DNA of 64,000 nucleotides from Candidatus Saccharimonadota bacterium (GTDB taxonomy: Bacteria > Patescibacteriota > Saccharimonadia > Saccharimonadales > UBA4665). A program made the position numbers and the translations under genes. Each line of letters opens with the position of its first letter. Position 1 is the first letter of the stretch. The DNA is taken from contig JAEUQV010000099.1 of assembly GCA_016789655.1 (NCBI GenBank), forward strand, positions 32,778-96,777, in the 5' to 3' direction. This document shows positions 17,304-25,556 of the stretch, one piece after another. The notes beneath the pieces were generated by a model. It searched no databases. It was given only the letters and a program-made list of their open reading frames with translations, and was not told the origin of the DNA.

Positions 17304-18019
17304 GTCTCTCTTGGTGCTTTCATTGGTTCACTATCGGAACACGTCGTAACAGCGCTTGGTCGCCGGGTAATAGCCTCAAGCCAGACCGCCTCCGAAGACA
17401 CTGCTCTGCCTGGCAACATAACTAGCTCGAGCCGGTTAGCTCGCATGGTTCTGTCGGTCTGTATCAGCTCAACTATGGCGTCGACCGCCATACGTTCTTC
17501 AACAGCACAGGGGTCATACTCCCACGGCAACGATTCAGCTCCGCCAGCGACGATCTGCGTTATAACCGCTTGACCGCCCAGCATTCGCGCGGTTTGACTG
17601 GGGTATGATGTACCGACCCGTATTGTTTTGCCTCCCCGTAATCGACGTTGTAGGTAACCTGCCCCACCAGAGCGAGTTAACACCACAAACCGTAGCACAT
17701 CTACCTCGCCGCTTTCGTTCTGCTTGCTAATCGGCGCTATAGGGTAGCGTGCTAGCCCGCTGACTTGATCATCTGGCAGTTCACCCAGTACATCGCTACC
17801 GACCAAACCCAGCCCGCCGAGCGACAAAATCTTGCGGGGTATATCGGCATCTTTCGCATAGACGACACCCCAGTGGCGCTTGCGTTCGGCATCGTAAACC
17901 GTATCGGTGTAGCACCTGCCGCTCATGGCGGGCACATCAATACCCCTACCGACCAGCCACTGCTGCGCGGCAGCAAAGTTCGCCCCCTTTGGCAGTACGA
18001 GCCGCGGCTCCACTGTCAC
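17279..18019 (-). CDS. ATP phosphoribosyltransferase (HisG)-like protein
   Basis: N-terminal LVLPKG, central GLGLVGSDVLGE, and C-terminal DAIVELIQTDRTMRANRLELV resembling the HisG signature (D.IVD.v.TG.TL.aN.L). GTG start with no Shine-Dalgarno sequence. It overlaps the VanX-like start by 25 nt. Confidence 0.6.
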   Translation of the reverse strand: MTVEPRLVLPKGANFAAAQQWLVGRGIDVPAMSGRCYTDTVYDAERKRHWGVVYAKDADIPRKILSLGGLGLVGSDVLGELPDDQVSGLARYPIAPISKQNESGEVDVLRFVVLTRSGGAGYLQRRLRGGKTIRVGTSYPSQTARMLGGQAVITQIVAGGAESLPWEYDPCAVEERMAVDAIVELIQTDRTMRANRLELVMLPGRAVSSEAVWLEAITRRPSAVTTCSDSEPMKAPRETWVWNGLC

Positions 18020-18023
18020 CGCA

Positions 18024-18116
18024 TCAGCCGAGGTGAAGACACCTCCTCTCGCCGCTCACCGTCCTATCACTTCTCAACATCCCGTCCATTGGTAATCCAC
18101 TTTTCAGCTCACTCAT
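18024..18116 (-). CDS. 30-codon upstream ORF (MSELKSGLPMDGMLRSDRTVSGERRCLHLG) ending 4 nt before the HisG-like GTG
   Basis: AAGGAG lies 8 nt upstream of ATG 18116. The stop TGA is at 18026-18024, and the HisG-like GTG at 18019 is in another frame. Confidence 0.3.
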   Translation of the reverse strand: MSELKSGLPMDGMLRSDRTVSGERRCLHLG

Positions 18117-18215
18117 CACTGTAACTCCTTATAATTTTATCCGATAATTATTCCAATAAACGCGACGATCGCTGATTTTATTGGAATTTGCGCTGTATAT
18201 ACGAACGCCAAAAGC

Positions 18216-18246
18216 AAAACGCCGGAGGGTTGTCCGGCGTTTTTTG
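18216..18246. terminator. Bidirectional rho-independent terminator downstream of the SPFH gene
   Basis: AAAA-ACGCCGGA-gggttg-TCCGGCGT-TTTTT: an 8-bp GC-rich stem flanked by an A-tract and a T-tract. Confidence 0.75.
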
Positions 18247-18354
18247 CAATGAGACCATGGCGAAACTACCTAGACAACCTCCGGCGATATATGCGATTGA
18301 TGTTGGGTGAATTTCGTTAACATAAAAGCTATTCTACTTTATTACCTTATATTG

Positions 18355-19263
18355 TCAAGCTGTCGGGTGCTTCTGGGCTTTGTTCACCTGTTCGGCGGTA
18401 ATCATAGCATTACGGATCTGATCGCTCATGTCGGTCATGCCGCCGGGGCCATGAGGAATGAGGATAGTGCTGTTTTTGCCGTTCAAGCCAAGCTCTTTTA
18501 TGGTGTCAAAGTACTGTGTCATCATGACTAGGTTCATGACATCTTGGCTATTGACGCCGTTAACTGCACTAGAAAAGTTTTCGACCGACTCTTTCAAGCC
18601 TTCGATGATGGCCTTGCGCTGGTTGGCTATACCCTGCCCCTGGAGCGCTTTGCTCTCGGCTTCACCCTCGGCCGCCTTCACTACGCGGATCTTATCGGCC
18701 TCGGCTTGCTGGATGGCCGCCTCACGCAGACGCTGCGCTGCATTGATTTCATTCATGCTGGCTTTGACCTTTTCATCTGGATTTATGTCTGTTACGAGAG
18801 CCTTGACTATACCGTAGCCGAAATCATCCATAACCGTATCGAGCTCAGACTTCACCGCCGTGGCTATGTCGTCTTTCATTTCAAACAGCTGGTCGAGGTT
18901 AACGCCAGGCACGCGGGCGCGCACCGTATCGAACACATACGCCGTAATCTGTTCCTGCGGGTTTTGCAGGCGGTAAAACGCATCGACCGCCTTTTCGGCA
19001 GGTATGAAGTACTGCACGCTTACGATAACAAATACAAAGACATTGTCTTTAGTCTTAGTCTCGACCTGCACATCGAGCTGCTGCACACGCAGGTTAACTC
19101 GGCCAGCAATCTGATCTATGAGTGGTACCTTGAAATTCAAACCAGCCTTAGACGCTTTATGAAACTTACCAAACCGTTCTACTATGGCAATCGACTGCTG
19201 TTTGACAGTGAATAGACCTGTCAGGAGCAGTACGAGCGCGATGCCCAAAATAACCCAAACCAT
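18355..19263 (-). CDS. SPFH/Band 7 (stomatin/prohibitin-like) membrane protein
   Basis: N-terminal TM segment (VWVILGIALVLLLTGLF), an SPFH core (IAIVERFGKF...LDVQVETKTKDNV) and a coiled-coil AEADK.. tail. AAGGAGG and TGCTACACT lie upstream. Confidence 0.85.
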   Translation of the reverse strand: MVWVILGIALVLLLTGLFTVKQQSIAIVERFGKFHKASKAGLNFKVPLIDQIAGRVNLRVQQLDVQVETKTKDNVFVFVIVSVQYFIPAEKAVDAFYRLQNPQEQITAYVFDTVRARVPGVNLDQLFEMKDDIATAVKSELDTVMDDFGYGIVKALVTDINPDEKVKASMNEINAAQRLREAAIQQAEADKIRVVKAAEGEAESKALQGQGIANQRKAIIEGLKESVENFSSAVNGVNSQDVMNLVMMTQYFDTIKELGLNGKNSTILIPHGPGGMTDMSDQIRNAMITAEQVNKAQKHPTA

Positions 19264-19466
19264 AACCCCTCCTTTGTTTACCTATGTAGTGTAGCAAGCT
19301 TTCACAAAACAATGAATGGGCTAGGCTTGAGCTAGCGAAGGTTACGGCAAAGTCGCATTTGGGGTATGACTTTACGGGTTGCAAGCGTAATTACCGAATG
19401 ACTGCAGCGGAATATACAGTGGTGTGTCTGTACTTTTAAGATCAACGAAGCCAGACAAGCATCGCA

Positions 19467-19784
19467 TTACCTGACCGCTGACCTTTTGAAACTTGAAAGG
19501 TACATTTGAGCTAACCGGCGATGACTACGACAGTTCTTGCCAAGAGTTTTTATCAGCTTAGAACGTAACATGTCGAATACGTAAGTGTCCGTGTAGTCGT
19601 GCGCAGCGTACCGCTCATAGTGTGATGCGCCTTTTGAGTCTGTGCTAAAGCTAGAATCAACTTCATACTGGCGCAGTGGTTTTGGCAAATCCAGGCTGGT
19701 CTCCAATGTGCGTAATTCTTTCATCTGAGCGCTCGGAGATATACTGTGCCAATAATCATGCAACAAGAAACATACGACCAGCAT
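19467..19784 (-). CDS. Small hypothetical protein
   Basis: 105-aa ORF with weak translation signals and no motif I recognise. Confidence 0.3.
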   Translation of the reverse strand: MLVVCFLLHDYWHSISPSAQMKELRTLETSLDLPKPLRQYEVDSSFSTDSKGASHYERYAAHDYTDTYVFDMLRSKLIKTLGKNCRSHRRLAQMYLSSFKRSAVR

Positions 19785-19884
19785 TAACCCAATAGCCTTT
19801 AGTAGAATTACTCGTCTACGATTAATGTACGCACTATACGATAAAAGTAGATTGAATCTCTATTCTTAAAAAGTGCAAAGCAAA

Positions 19885-19908
19885 CAAAAAAGCGCCCATG
19901 TCAGGCGC
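19885..19908 (-). terminator. Rho-independent terminator after tRNA-Leu
   Basis: The minus strand reads GCGCC-tgacatg-GGCGC followed by TTTTTTGTTTG. Confidence 0.6.
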
Positions 19909-19919
19909 AGTTTACTAAT

Positions 19920-20003
19920 TGGTGCCGCGGAAAGGACTTGAACCTTCATGCATTGCTGCACTGGCTCCTAAAACCAGCGTGTCTACCATTTCACCACCGC
20001 GGC
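19920..20003 (-). tRNA. tRNA-Leu (anticodon UAG), type II with long variable arm, CCA encoded
   Basis: The reverse complement GCCGCGGTGGTGAAATGGTAGACACGCTGGTTTTAGGAGCCAGTGCAGCAATGCATGAAGGTTCAAGTCCTTTCCGCGGCACCA folds as a cloverleaf. It has a 7-bp acceptor stem, anticodon loop TTTAGGA, T-loop GGTTCAAGTCC and a long variable arm. Confidence 0.93.
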
Positions 20004-20028
20004 AAAATTGTGTGTTTCAATTGCTATT

Positions 20029-20562
20029 CTAGACAATTTTTCTGTAAAAAACCAGCTGAATATCTCCAAGAGGTTTTTCTGAAACGATTGAAAGCGTAGC
20101 AAACTCTCTCACTGGTTCACTACCTGGCCAGGAAAGCACATACAAACCACCTGTTTTCACATGTACAGCTAGCCTTTCCAAAACATTTGGGCGTATATCG
20201 TCGTAGGGTGGGTCGGCTAGTACTATATCGAATGTTCTGTGCTGGTTATTACGCGACCAGCCGCTTATGTTCTTGCGCAGTACCGTTACCATATCTTCAA
20301 TCCCAAGTGCTCGGCAATTTTCAGTAATTACCTTTACGGCAGGTATATCAACATCTATGGCCAATACCCGTGCAGCACCACGGCTTACGGCTTCTATCCC
20401 CAACGCCCCGCTCCCAGCAAATGCATCAAGTACTGTTAGCCCTTCTATATCGCCTAGGGCATTAAAGATCGCACCGCGCGCCTTTTCGCTCATAGGATGA
20501 GTGCGATGACCGCGGGGGCTTTGGAAGCTTCGTCCACCTAGTTTGCCGGCTATGACTCTCAA
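20029..20562 (-). CDS. rsmD: 16S rRNA (guanine966-N2)-methyltransferase RsmD
   Basis: RVIAGKLGGRSF N-terminus, SAM-binding VLDAFAGSGALGIEA and the DPPY motif (LADPPYDD). The TTG start at 20562 is preceded by GGAAGGAG and overlaps the upstream stop (TTGA). Confidence 0.85.
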   Translation of the reverse strand: MRVIAGKLGGRSFQSPRGHRTHPMSEKARGAIFNALGDIEGLTVLDAFAGSGALGIEAVSRGAARVLAIDVDIPAVKVITENCRALGIEDMVTVLRKNISGWSRNNQHRTFDIVLADPPYDDIRPNVLERLAVHVKTGGLYVLSWPGSEPVREFATLSIVSEKPLGDIQLVFYRKIV

Positions 20563-21392
20563 TTCTTCTCCTTCCTCTGAGCTTCTTGAAGCGCCGAGCA
20601 CCACACCGTCGCCACGACATCTACCAGTATTGGGATCAAATCTCGCCGAACTTGGCGGGCGAGTTTAGGTGTCCATCCTGTCTTGTAAAACTGCTCGTAT
20701 AGCCGCGCTTCTGCCACCTTTTTAGCCTGGGATTGAAAATATAACAGATAATCATTTTTTTTTGTTTTTTCGGGTGGCTGCTCCGCTAGGTGCAAACTTT
20801 GATATCGTAGCGGCAAAATGACCAGCGCTACTCCTGCCTCAAATGCTATATGTGTCGCTAGAAGTCCTTTATCGCCCCACATCTGCCAATTGTTCCGTAC
20901 TTTTTCGGTAATCGTGTCGCCTGGCATGAGCAGCTTTTCCTTTGGCGAACGACGAGTCTCTATGGCTGCGCCACCCCGCAATCGAATGAGCTCACTTTCG
21001 TATGGGTAATGGTGTGCAGGAGTTAAGCCGTCTACGATTGCATGCGCAAGCCATGCCGCTTCAAAACTGGCTCTGGTGATATTCTGCGCTTTGAGCGCCT
21101 TTACAAGATTAGTGTGATGCGCAGCGATAATATCTAATAGCTTATGATCCTTATCGTCATACGGGTCGTAATAGTGCCAGGGTTCATCTTGAGCTGGCGT
21201 TTTCCGCTTGATAGCATCTGGGCCATTTACCCCCTCAAAATGTACAATCTGTTTCGTCTCAGGAAACATAGCCGCTACAGTTTCACTCGTCAATTCGGCT
21301 AGGCGCTTACGGGCAAGTCTATCGATTTTTTGGTGTGCCCCAAACCACGTATCGAGAGTATGGAGTTGCTTGAGCGTTGATCCTGAATACAT
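20559..21392 (-). CDS. Hypothetical protein, possibly of the zinc-dependent phospholipase C / S1-P1 nuclease-like superfamily
   Basis: His-rich patterns (WFGAHQKIDR, AWLAHAIVDGLTPAHH) resemble that superfamily, but this is not a secure assignment. Start is set at ATG 21392, just downstream of the recG stop. Confidence 0.5.
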   Translation of the reverse strand: MYSGSTLKQLHTLDTWFGAHQKIDRLARKRLAELTSETVAAMFPETKQIVHFEGVNGPDAIKRKTPAQDEPWHYYDPYDDKDHKLLDIIAAHHTNLVKALKAQNITRASFEAAWLAHAIVDGLTPAHHYPYESELIRLRGGAAIETRRSPKEKLLMPGDTITEKVRNNWQMWGDKGLLATHIAFEAGVALVILPLRYQSLHLAEQPPEKTKKNDYLLYFQSQAKKVAEARLYEQFYKTGWTPKLARQVRRDLIPILVDVVATVWCSALQEAQRKEKN

Positions 21393-21406
21393 GTAGTACA
21401 GCTTTT

Positions 21407-23443
21407 CTAGTTCAAATTTGTGACGCGGCGCAAACGGTCGACCCGCGTATATAACTCCGGATATTGTAGCAAATCTTCCGAACGATCGACGCACATCTGG
21501 GCTACAGATCTTGCCGCTGCTAACAGCGCTGTATCGGATAGCTGTACGACACGCAAATCGAGAGCACCGTGCTGCATAGCACCGTAGATGGCACCTGGAC
21601 CTCGAATCTCCAAATCCAACTCGGCCAAGCGGAAGCCGTCCTGACTCGTTTCTACAGCACGTAAACGCTTGCTGGGCAGTTTGTCATCTCCAAGCACCAA
21701 GTAGCAGTAGGCGGCATGCCCGCCACGTCCTACTCTGCCGCGCAGCTGATGCAACTGTGCCAGCCCAAACCTTTCGGCAGATTCTATGATCATTACGCTT
21801 GCATTTGGCACGTCGACACCAACCTCTATGACCGTAGTAGCAACAAGCACATCCAACTGCCCGGCAGCAAACTGCTGCATGACTCTATCTTTATCTTCAG
21901 CTTTCATCTTTCCGTGAAGTAGCGCGAGGCGGTGTGATTTTAGATAGTTCTTTTGGAGTTCTTCATACACTTTTTCGGCTGAAGCAGCAGCAAGTGCATC
22001 AGATTCAGCTATGAGCGGGCAGACAACGAATACTTGCCGGCCAGCTGCGATTTCCGCAGCAACCTGTTCATACATAGTCTTTCGCGCCGTTGCCGATACT
22101 ATTTTGGTGGCAATCGCTTGGCGACCCTGTGGCTTTTGCTTCAATCTGGAAATATCAAGCTCTCCATATAGCGTCAGGGCCAAACTACGGGGGATAGGGG
22201 TAGCGGTCAAACTTAGTACATGCGGCATGTGACCAGCTTTTGCCATAAGGCTTTTACGCTGCTCGACTCCGAAACGATGCTGCTCATCCACGATGATAAG
22301 CCCAAGCTGCTTCATATCCACCTTTTCCTGGAATAATGCATGCGTGCCAACAAGCAACTTCGCACGCCCCTTGGCAATGGCTGTATGAGCCGACTTTTTT
22401 TGTGCGTTAGTCATACCTCCTACAAGCAGCAGGATGCTCCCGTCTTCACCAACAGAGCTCAGCAGTTTACTGAGCGTTTCGGCATGTTGGCGCGCCAAAA
22501 TTTCAGTGGGTGCCATAAAAGCGACTTGATAACCTTGCCGCATAGCCATGAGTGCTACCATAGCAGCTACGACCGTCTTACCAGAGCCTACATCGCCCTC
22601 TACCAGCCTATTCATTGGATATCGATGCTCCATATCTTGGTAGGCTTGCCACACCACGCGACGTTGATCGTCGGTAAGCTCAAATGGTAAACCAGCTACG
22701 AATTTTCGCGCCAAATCTACATCAAAAGGTATGGAAATAGCGTTTTCCCGCATACTTTCTTGCTTGTTTAGCAAACTAGCCAGTGTCAGCTCAAGCACCT
22801 CCTCAAAGCCTAGCCGCCGACGGGCGGCTGCAAGCTCTGCTGCACTGCCCGGGAAGTGCATTGCCTCGAATGCTTTCGCCCGGGAAAGCAGTCCTACCTC
22901 TGTTATAATCCAGCTGGGAAGCGTTTCCGGCAATACGCGAACCATGTCTACACAAGCCGCCACCAGTTTTCGTATCTGATTCGTCGATACTAGTTTGGAC
23001 TGCCGATAGACAGGAACTATTCGAGCAGTATTTACAGGAAAATCTTTGACGAGCTCCGCACTGGGGTTGAGGATCTGGAACCGCTGCCGAGCCAGCTCAT
23101 AGGTCCCACTTACGTAATATTCCTGGCCCTGCCTCAGGGCATTTGCCCGATATGGCTGGTTAAACCAGACCACTCGCACGCTGCCAGTATCATCACTCAT
23201 AGTCGCTTCTGTAATATGCATCCCCCGCCGCACATACCGGCTATTTACTTGCGCCACACATACCTTAACGGTCACTGGGCCGGGTCGCAACGAATCTACG
23301 GCCAAAACTTCTGAATAATCTTCATACCGCATCGGAAGATAATCAATCAGATCATACACCGTCCGGATGCCCAGCTGCTTAAGATTCCTAGCAAGTGCTG
23401 GGCCTACACCTTTTACATTTGTAATATCATCGAGTAGTTGCAC
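21407..23443 (-). CDS. recG: ATP-dependent DNA helicase RecG
   Basis: Wedge/OB N-terminal domain, Walker A GDVGSGKT, DEQHRFG, and helicase C motifs (QLRGRVGRG). GTG start. Confidence 0.93.
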   Translation of the reverse strand: MQLLDDITNVKGVGPALARNLKQLGIRTVYDLIDYLPMRYEDYSEVLAVDSLRPGPVTVKVCVAQVNSRYVRRGMHITEATMSDDTGSVRVVWFNQPYRANALRQGQEYYVSGTYELARQRFQILNPSAELVKDFPVNTARIVPVYRQSKLVSTNQIRKLVAACVDMVRVLPETLPSWIITEVGLLSRAKAFEAMHFPGSAAELAAARRRLGFEEVLELTLASLLNKQESMRENAISIPFDVDLARKFVAGLPFELTDDQRRVVWQAYQDMEHRYPMNRLVEGDVGSGKTVVAAMVALMAMRQGYQVAFMAPTEILARQHAETLSKLLSSVGEDGSILLLVGGMTNAQKKSAHTAIAKGRAKLLVGTHALFQEKVDMKQLGLIIVDEQHRFGVEQRKSLMAKAGHMPHVLSLTATPIPRSLALTLYGELDISRLKQKPQGRQAIATKIVSATARKTMYEQVAAEIAAGRQVFVVCPLIAESDALAAASAEKVYEELQKNYLKSHRLALLHGKMKAEDKDRVMQQFAAGQLDVLVATTVIEVGVDVPNASVMIIESAERFGLAQLHQLRGRVGRGGHAAYCYLVLGDDKLPSKRLRAVETSQDGFRLAELDLEIRGPGAIYGAMQHGALDLRVVQLSDTALLAAARSVAQMCVDRSEDLLQYPELYTRVDRLRRVTNLN

Positions 23444-23491
23444 TGTCTTATGGTACCACCGCTACAGCTATGAGTAGATGCCTAAATCGCA

Positions 23492-24274
23492 CTATCGCGG
23501 TCGCTCACTTGCAATAGCATGCGCTGACAACTCCATGGTATTGTCGAGTGATTTCAGCTTCGCATCCCCATAGCGTCTGGAAAGTGCCAAGCGGAGTAGC
23601 TCGTCGGAGAAGGCCGGGTTTTTGACCAGGACGGGGCCGTGGCTGTAGGTGCCGAAGACATTCTGTATGCGGCAGCCTTCGGTGCCGTCTTGGCCGTTAT
23701 TGCCACTACCCTTTACGACCGTACCAAAAGCCATTGCAGGATTGTCGAGCTTGGTAACGCCGCTATGGTTTTCATAACCAACTATCTCACCGAATGGCGT
23801 CTGATATATGGTATTGCCTATCATCCGCTTATGACCACCGACTGTCTCAAGAGGTAGCACGCCTATACCTTGTATTACCTCGCCTTCGTGCGTCGTGAAT
23901 GACCGGCCGAAGAGCTGGTACATCCCGCAAATCATCAACATCACAACGCCAGCTTCGGCCATTTGGTGAAGGGTTTCGGCCTTCTCCTGCAAGTCGTCTT
24001 GAATCTTCCCTTGTCCAGCGTCCTGTCCGCCGCCACCTACTATTATGTCAGCTTCATCCGGGATGGGGTCACCCACACCGACAAGTTTTATCTGGACGTC
24101 AATGCCACGCCACTCGGCTCGCTTCTGTAGCACCAGGCGATTGCCAGTGTCGCCGTAGATGTTCATTTCTCGCGGGTATAGGTGGACGATAGTCAGTTGG
24201 TAGGTGGTGGATGGTAGGTGGTAGGTAGCGGAAGTGCTGTGTCCTTTGCCCTTTGCCCTTTGCCCTTTTGTCAT
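23492..24274 (-). CDS. gatD: Lipid II isoglutaminyl synthase, glutamine amidotransferase subunit GatD (CobQ-type GATase)
   Basis: LTIVHLYPREMNIYGDTGN aligns with GatD N-termini. The catalytic Cys context is MLMICGMYQLFG. ATGA overlaps the murT stop. The first ~26 codons are encoded by heptamer arrays. Confidence 0.8.
   Translation of the reverse strand: MTKGQRAKGKGHSTSATYHLPSTTYQLTIVHLYPREMNIYGDTGNRLVLQKRAEWRGIDVQIKLVGVGDPIPDEADIIVGGGGQDAGQGKIQDDLQEKAETLHQMAEAGVVMLMICGMYQLFGRSFTTHEGEVIQGIGVLPLETVGGHKRMIGNTIYQTPFGEIVGYENHSGVTKLDNPAMAFGTVVKGSGNNGQDGTEGCRIQNVFGTYSHGPVLVKNPAFSDELLRLALSRRYGDAKLKSLDNTMELSAHAIASERPR
24199..24226. repeat. Heptamer array GGTAGGT GGTGGAT GGTAGGT GGTAGGT inside the gatD 5' end
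   Basis: Period-7 pattern read directly. It encodes ...TYHLPSTTYQ... on the minus strand. Confidence 0.8.
24243..24270. repeat. Heptamer array (CCTTTGC)x3 + CCTTTTG at codons 2-10 of gatD
   Basis: Perfect period-7 repeat. It encodes KGQRAKGKG on the minus strand. Confidence 0.85.
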
Positions 24275-25551
24275 ATATTCTCCTCATCTAGGCCCGATTT
24301 AGTGCCTAGGTATAGCCGGCGAATGCGTCGCATGGCAGTGTATGTGCAATATAGAATCGCTGCCCCACCGTTTTTATTAGTGAGTTGGTTGAACTCCGAA
24401 ACGAACGCTACAAGATCCGAGCATACGCCTGCAGTACCCACTTCATCATATTTGAGGCGATTGGCCATATCGGCAGCCCTATCCCCTCCACACAATACAG
24501 GCGTTTTGATGGCGGAAAAAGAGACATCCCATAGCCACGAAACATCACGGCCATCTGGATAATCATCGTTTATAGCTATACCGACCGTATCGTACGGCTT
24601 GAGTTCAAGCATACGTAGGGCCTGTGTAAACCCACCTGGGTTTTTTATAAGTTGCAGTGTGACTTCCTGACCGTTTGGCAGCAACACTACTTCGCCTCTA
24701 CCAAAGGCCGGTCGTACTGCCGCGAATGCAGTGGCAGCTTTTTCGGGGTCGTAGTCTGGGATAACTTGTCGGAGCACAGTGAACGCAGCAGCAGCATTTA
24801 AAGCATTGTGGCTTCCTTGAAGAGCATACGAATAGTGCTGTAATGAACCATTGCTATGAAAAGTTATATTTTTTTCGGTAAATCTAGATAGCAACACATC
24901 CGGCGTGTGTGCTTCAAAAAAGGCAACGGATTCGCCATGGTACAGCTGGTCGTCGGTCAAGAATAGCTTTTGTAGGCCACTGTCGTGACCAAACCAGGCC
25001 CTGAAAACACCCGTAGACACTTTGAGTGATCCAACCCGCTCATCATTCGCATTGAGCACCACCCAGGAAGAAGCAGCGTCGACCAGCTTTTGTAACATGC
25101 GCTTAGTCGTGTCGATCTCGCCGAACCGATCCATTTGGTCGCGCATTATATTAAGCACAACCACCCCCTTGGGTGAGACATGTCGGGTAAAATGTACGGC
25201 ATGCGCTTCATCTTGTTCAAATACTGCTATGTCGTAAGCGAGTTCACCCACCCAGCTTGCTTTGTCTACTACTGCACTAATGATCCCTCGTACAAAATTA
25301 CTTCCCGTAGGATTTGTAAGTACCCTTAAGCCCTGAGCACGCAGTAAAGCCACGATGAGCTTGGTCGTAGTCGTCTTGCCATTGGTGCCGGAAACGATGA
25401 TGACACCTTGAGGCAATTGCTGCAACATGTCTGCCAAGTATTTGGAATCTGCTTTTTCAACCACAAGCCCTGGAAAGGCAGAACCAGTTCGACCCAGTAA
25501 CCGCAAAGCCGTAAAAGTGCTTTTGCCTAGAATAGTACTTGCTAATTTCAT
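24271..25551 (-). CDS. murT: Lipid II isoglutaminyl synthase, Mur-ligase-like subunit MurT
   Basis: Mur ligase P-loop GTNGKTTT, a central ligase domain, and a C-terminal DUF1727-like segment. It is adjacent to and translationally coupled with gatD. Confidence 0.85.
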   Translation of the reverse strand: MKLASTILGKSTFTALRLLGRTGSAFPGLVVEKADSKYLADMLQQLPQGVIIVSGTNGKTTTTKLIVALLRAQGLRVLTNPTGSNFVRGIISAVVDKASWVGELAYDIAVFEQDEAHAVHFTRHVSPKGVVVLNIMRDQMDRFGEIDTTKRMLQKLVDAASSWVVLNANDERVGSLKVSTGVFRAWFGHDSGLQKLFLTDDQLYHGESVAFFEAHTPDVLLSRFTEKNITFHSNGSLQHYSYALQGSHNALNAAAAFTVLRQVIPDYDPEKAATAFAAVRPAFGRGEVVLLPNGQEVTLQLIKNPGGFTQALRMLELKPYDTVGIAINDDYPDGRDVSWLWDVSFSAIKTPVLCGGDRAADMANRLKYDEVGTAGVCSDLVAFVSEFNQLTNKNGGAAILYCTYTAMRRIRRLYLGTKSGLDEENI

Positions 25552-25556
25552 AGAAT

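Noticed and set aside
18024-18116. Classical histidine attenuator leader peptide upstream of the HisG-like gene.
   Set aside because: The 30-aa peptide contains a single His and no run of His codons.
18544-19215. Long antisense ORFs inside known genes. These include 18544-19215 (223 aa), 38797-39360 (187 aa), 46012-46608 (198 aa), 29253-29765 (170 aa), 54711-55202 (163 aa), 56363-56836 (157 aa), 44350-44811 (153 aa), and many 60-130 aa ORFs opposite rpoB/rpoC/dnaE.
   Set aside because: All lie fully within well-supported conserved genes on the other strand, have no start signals, and have low-complexity or Cys/Arg/Ser-rich composition typical of antisense frames.
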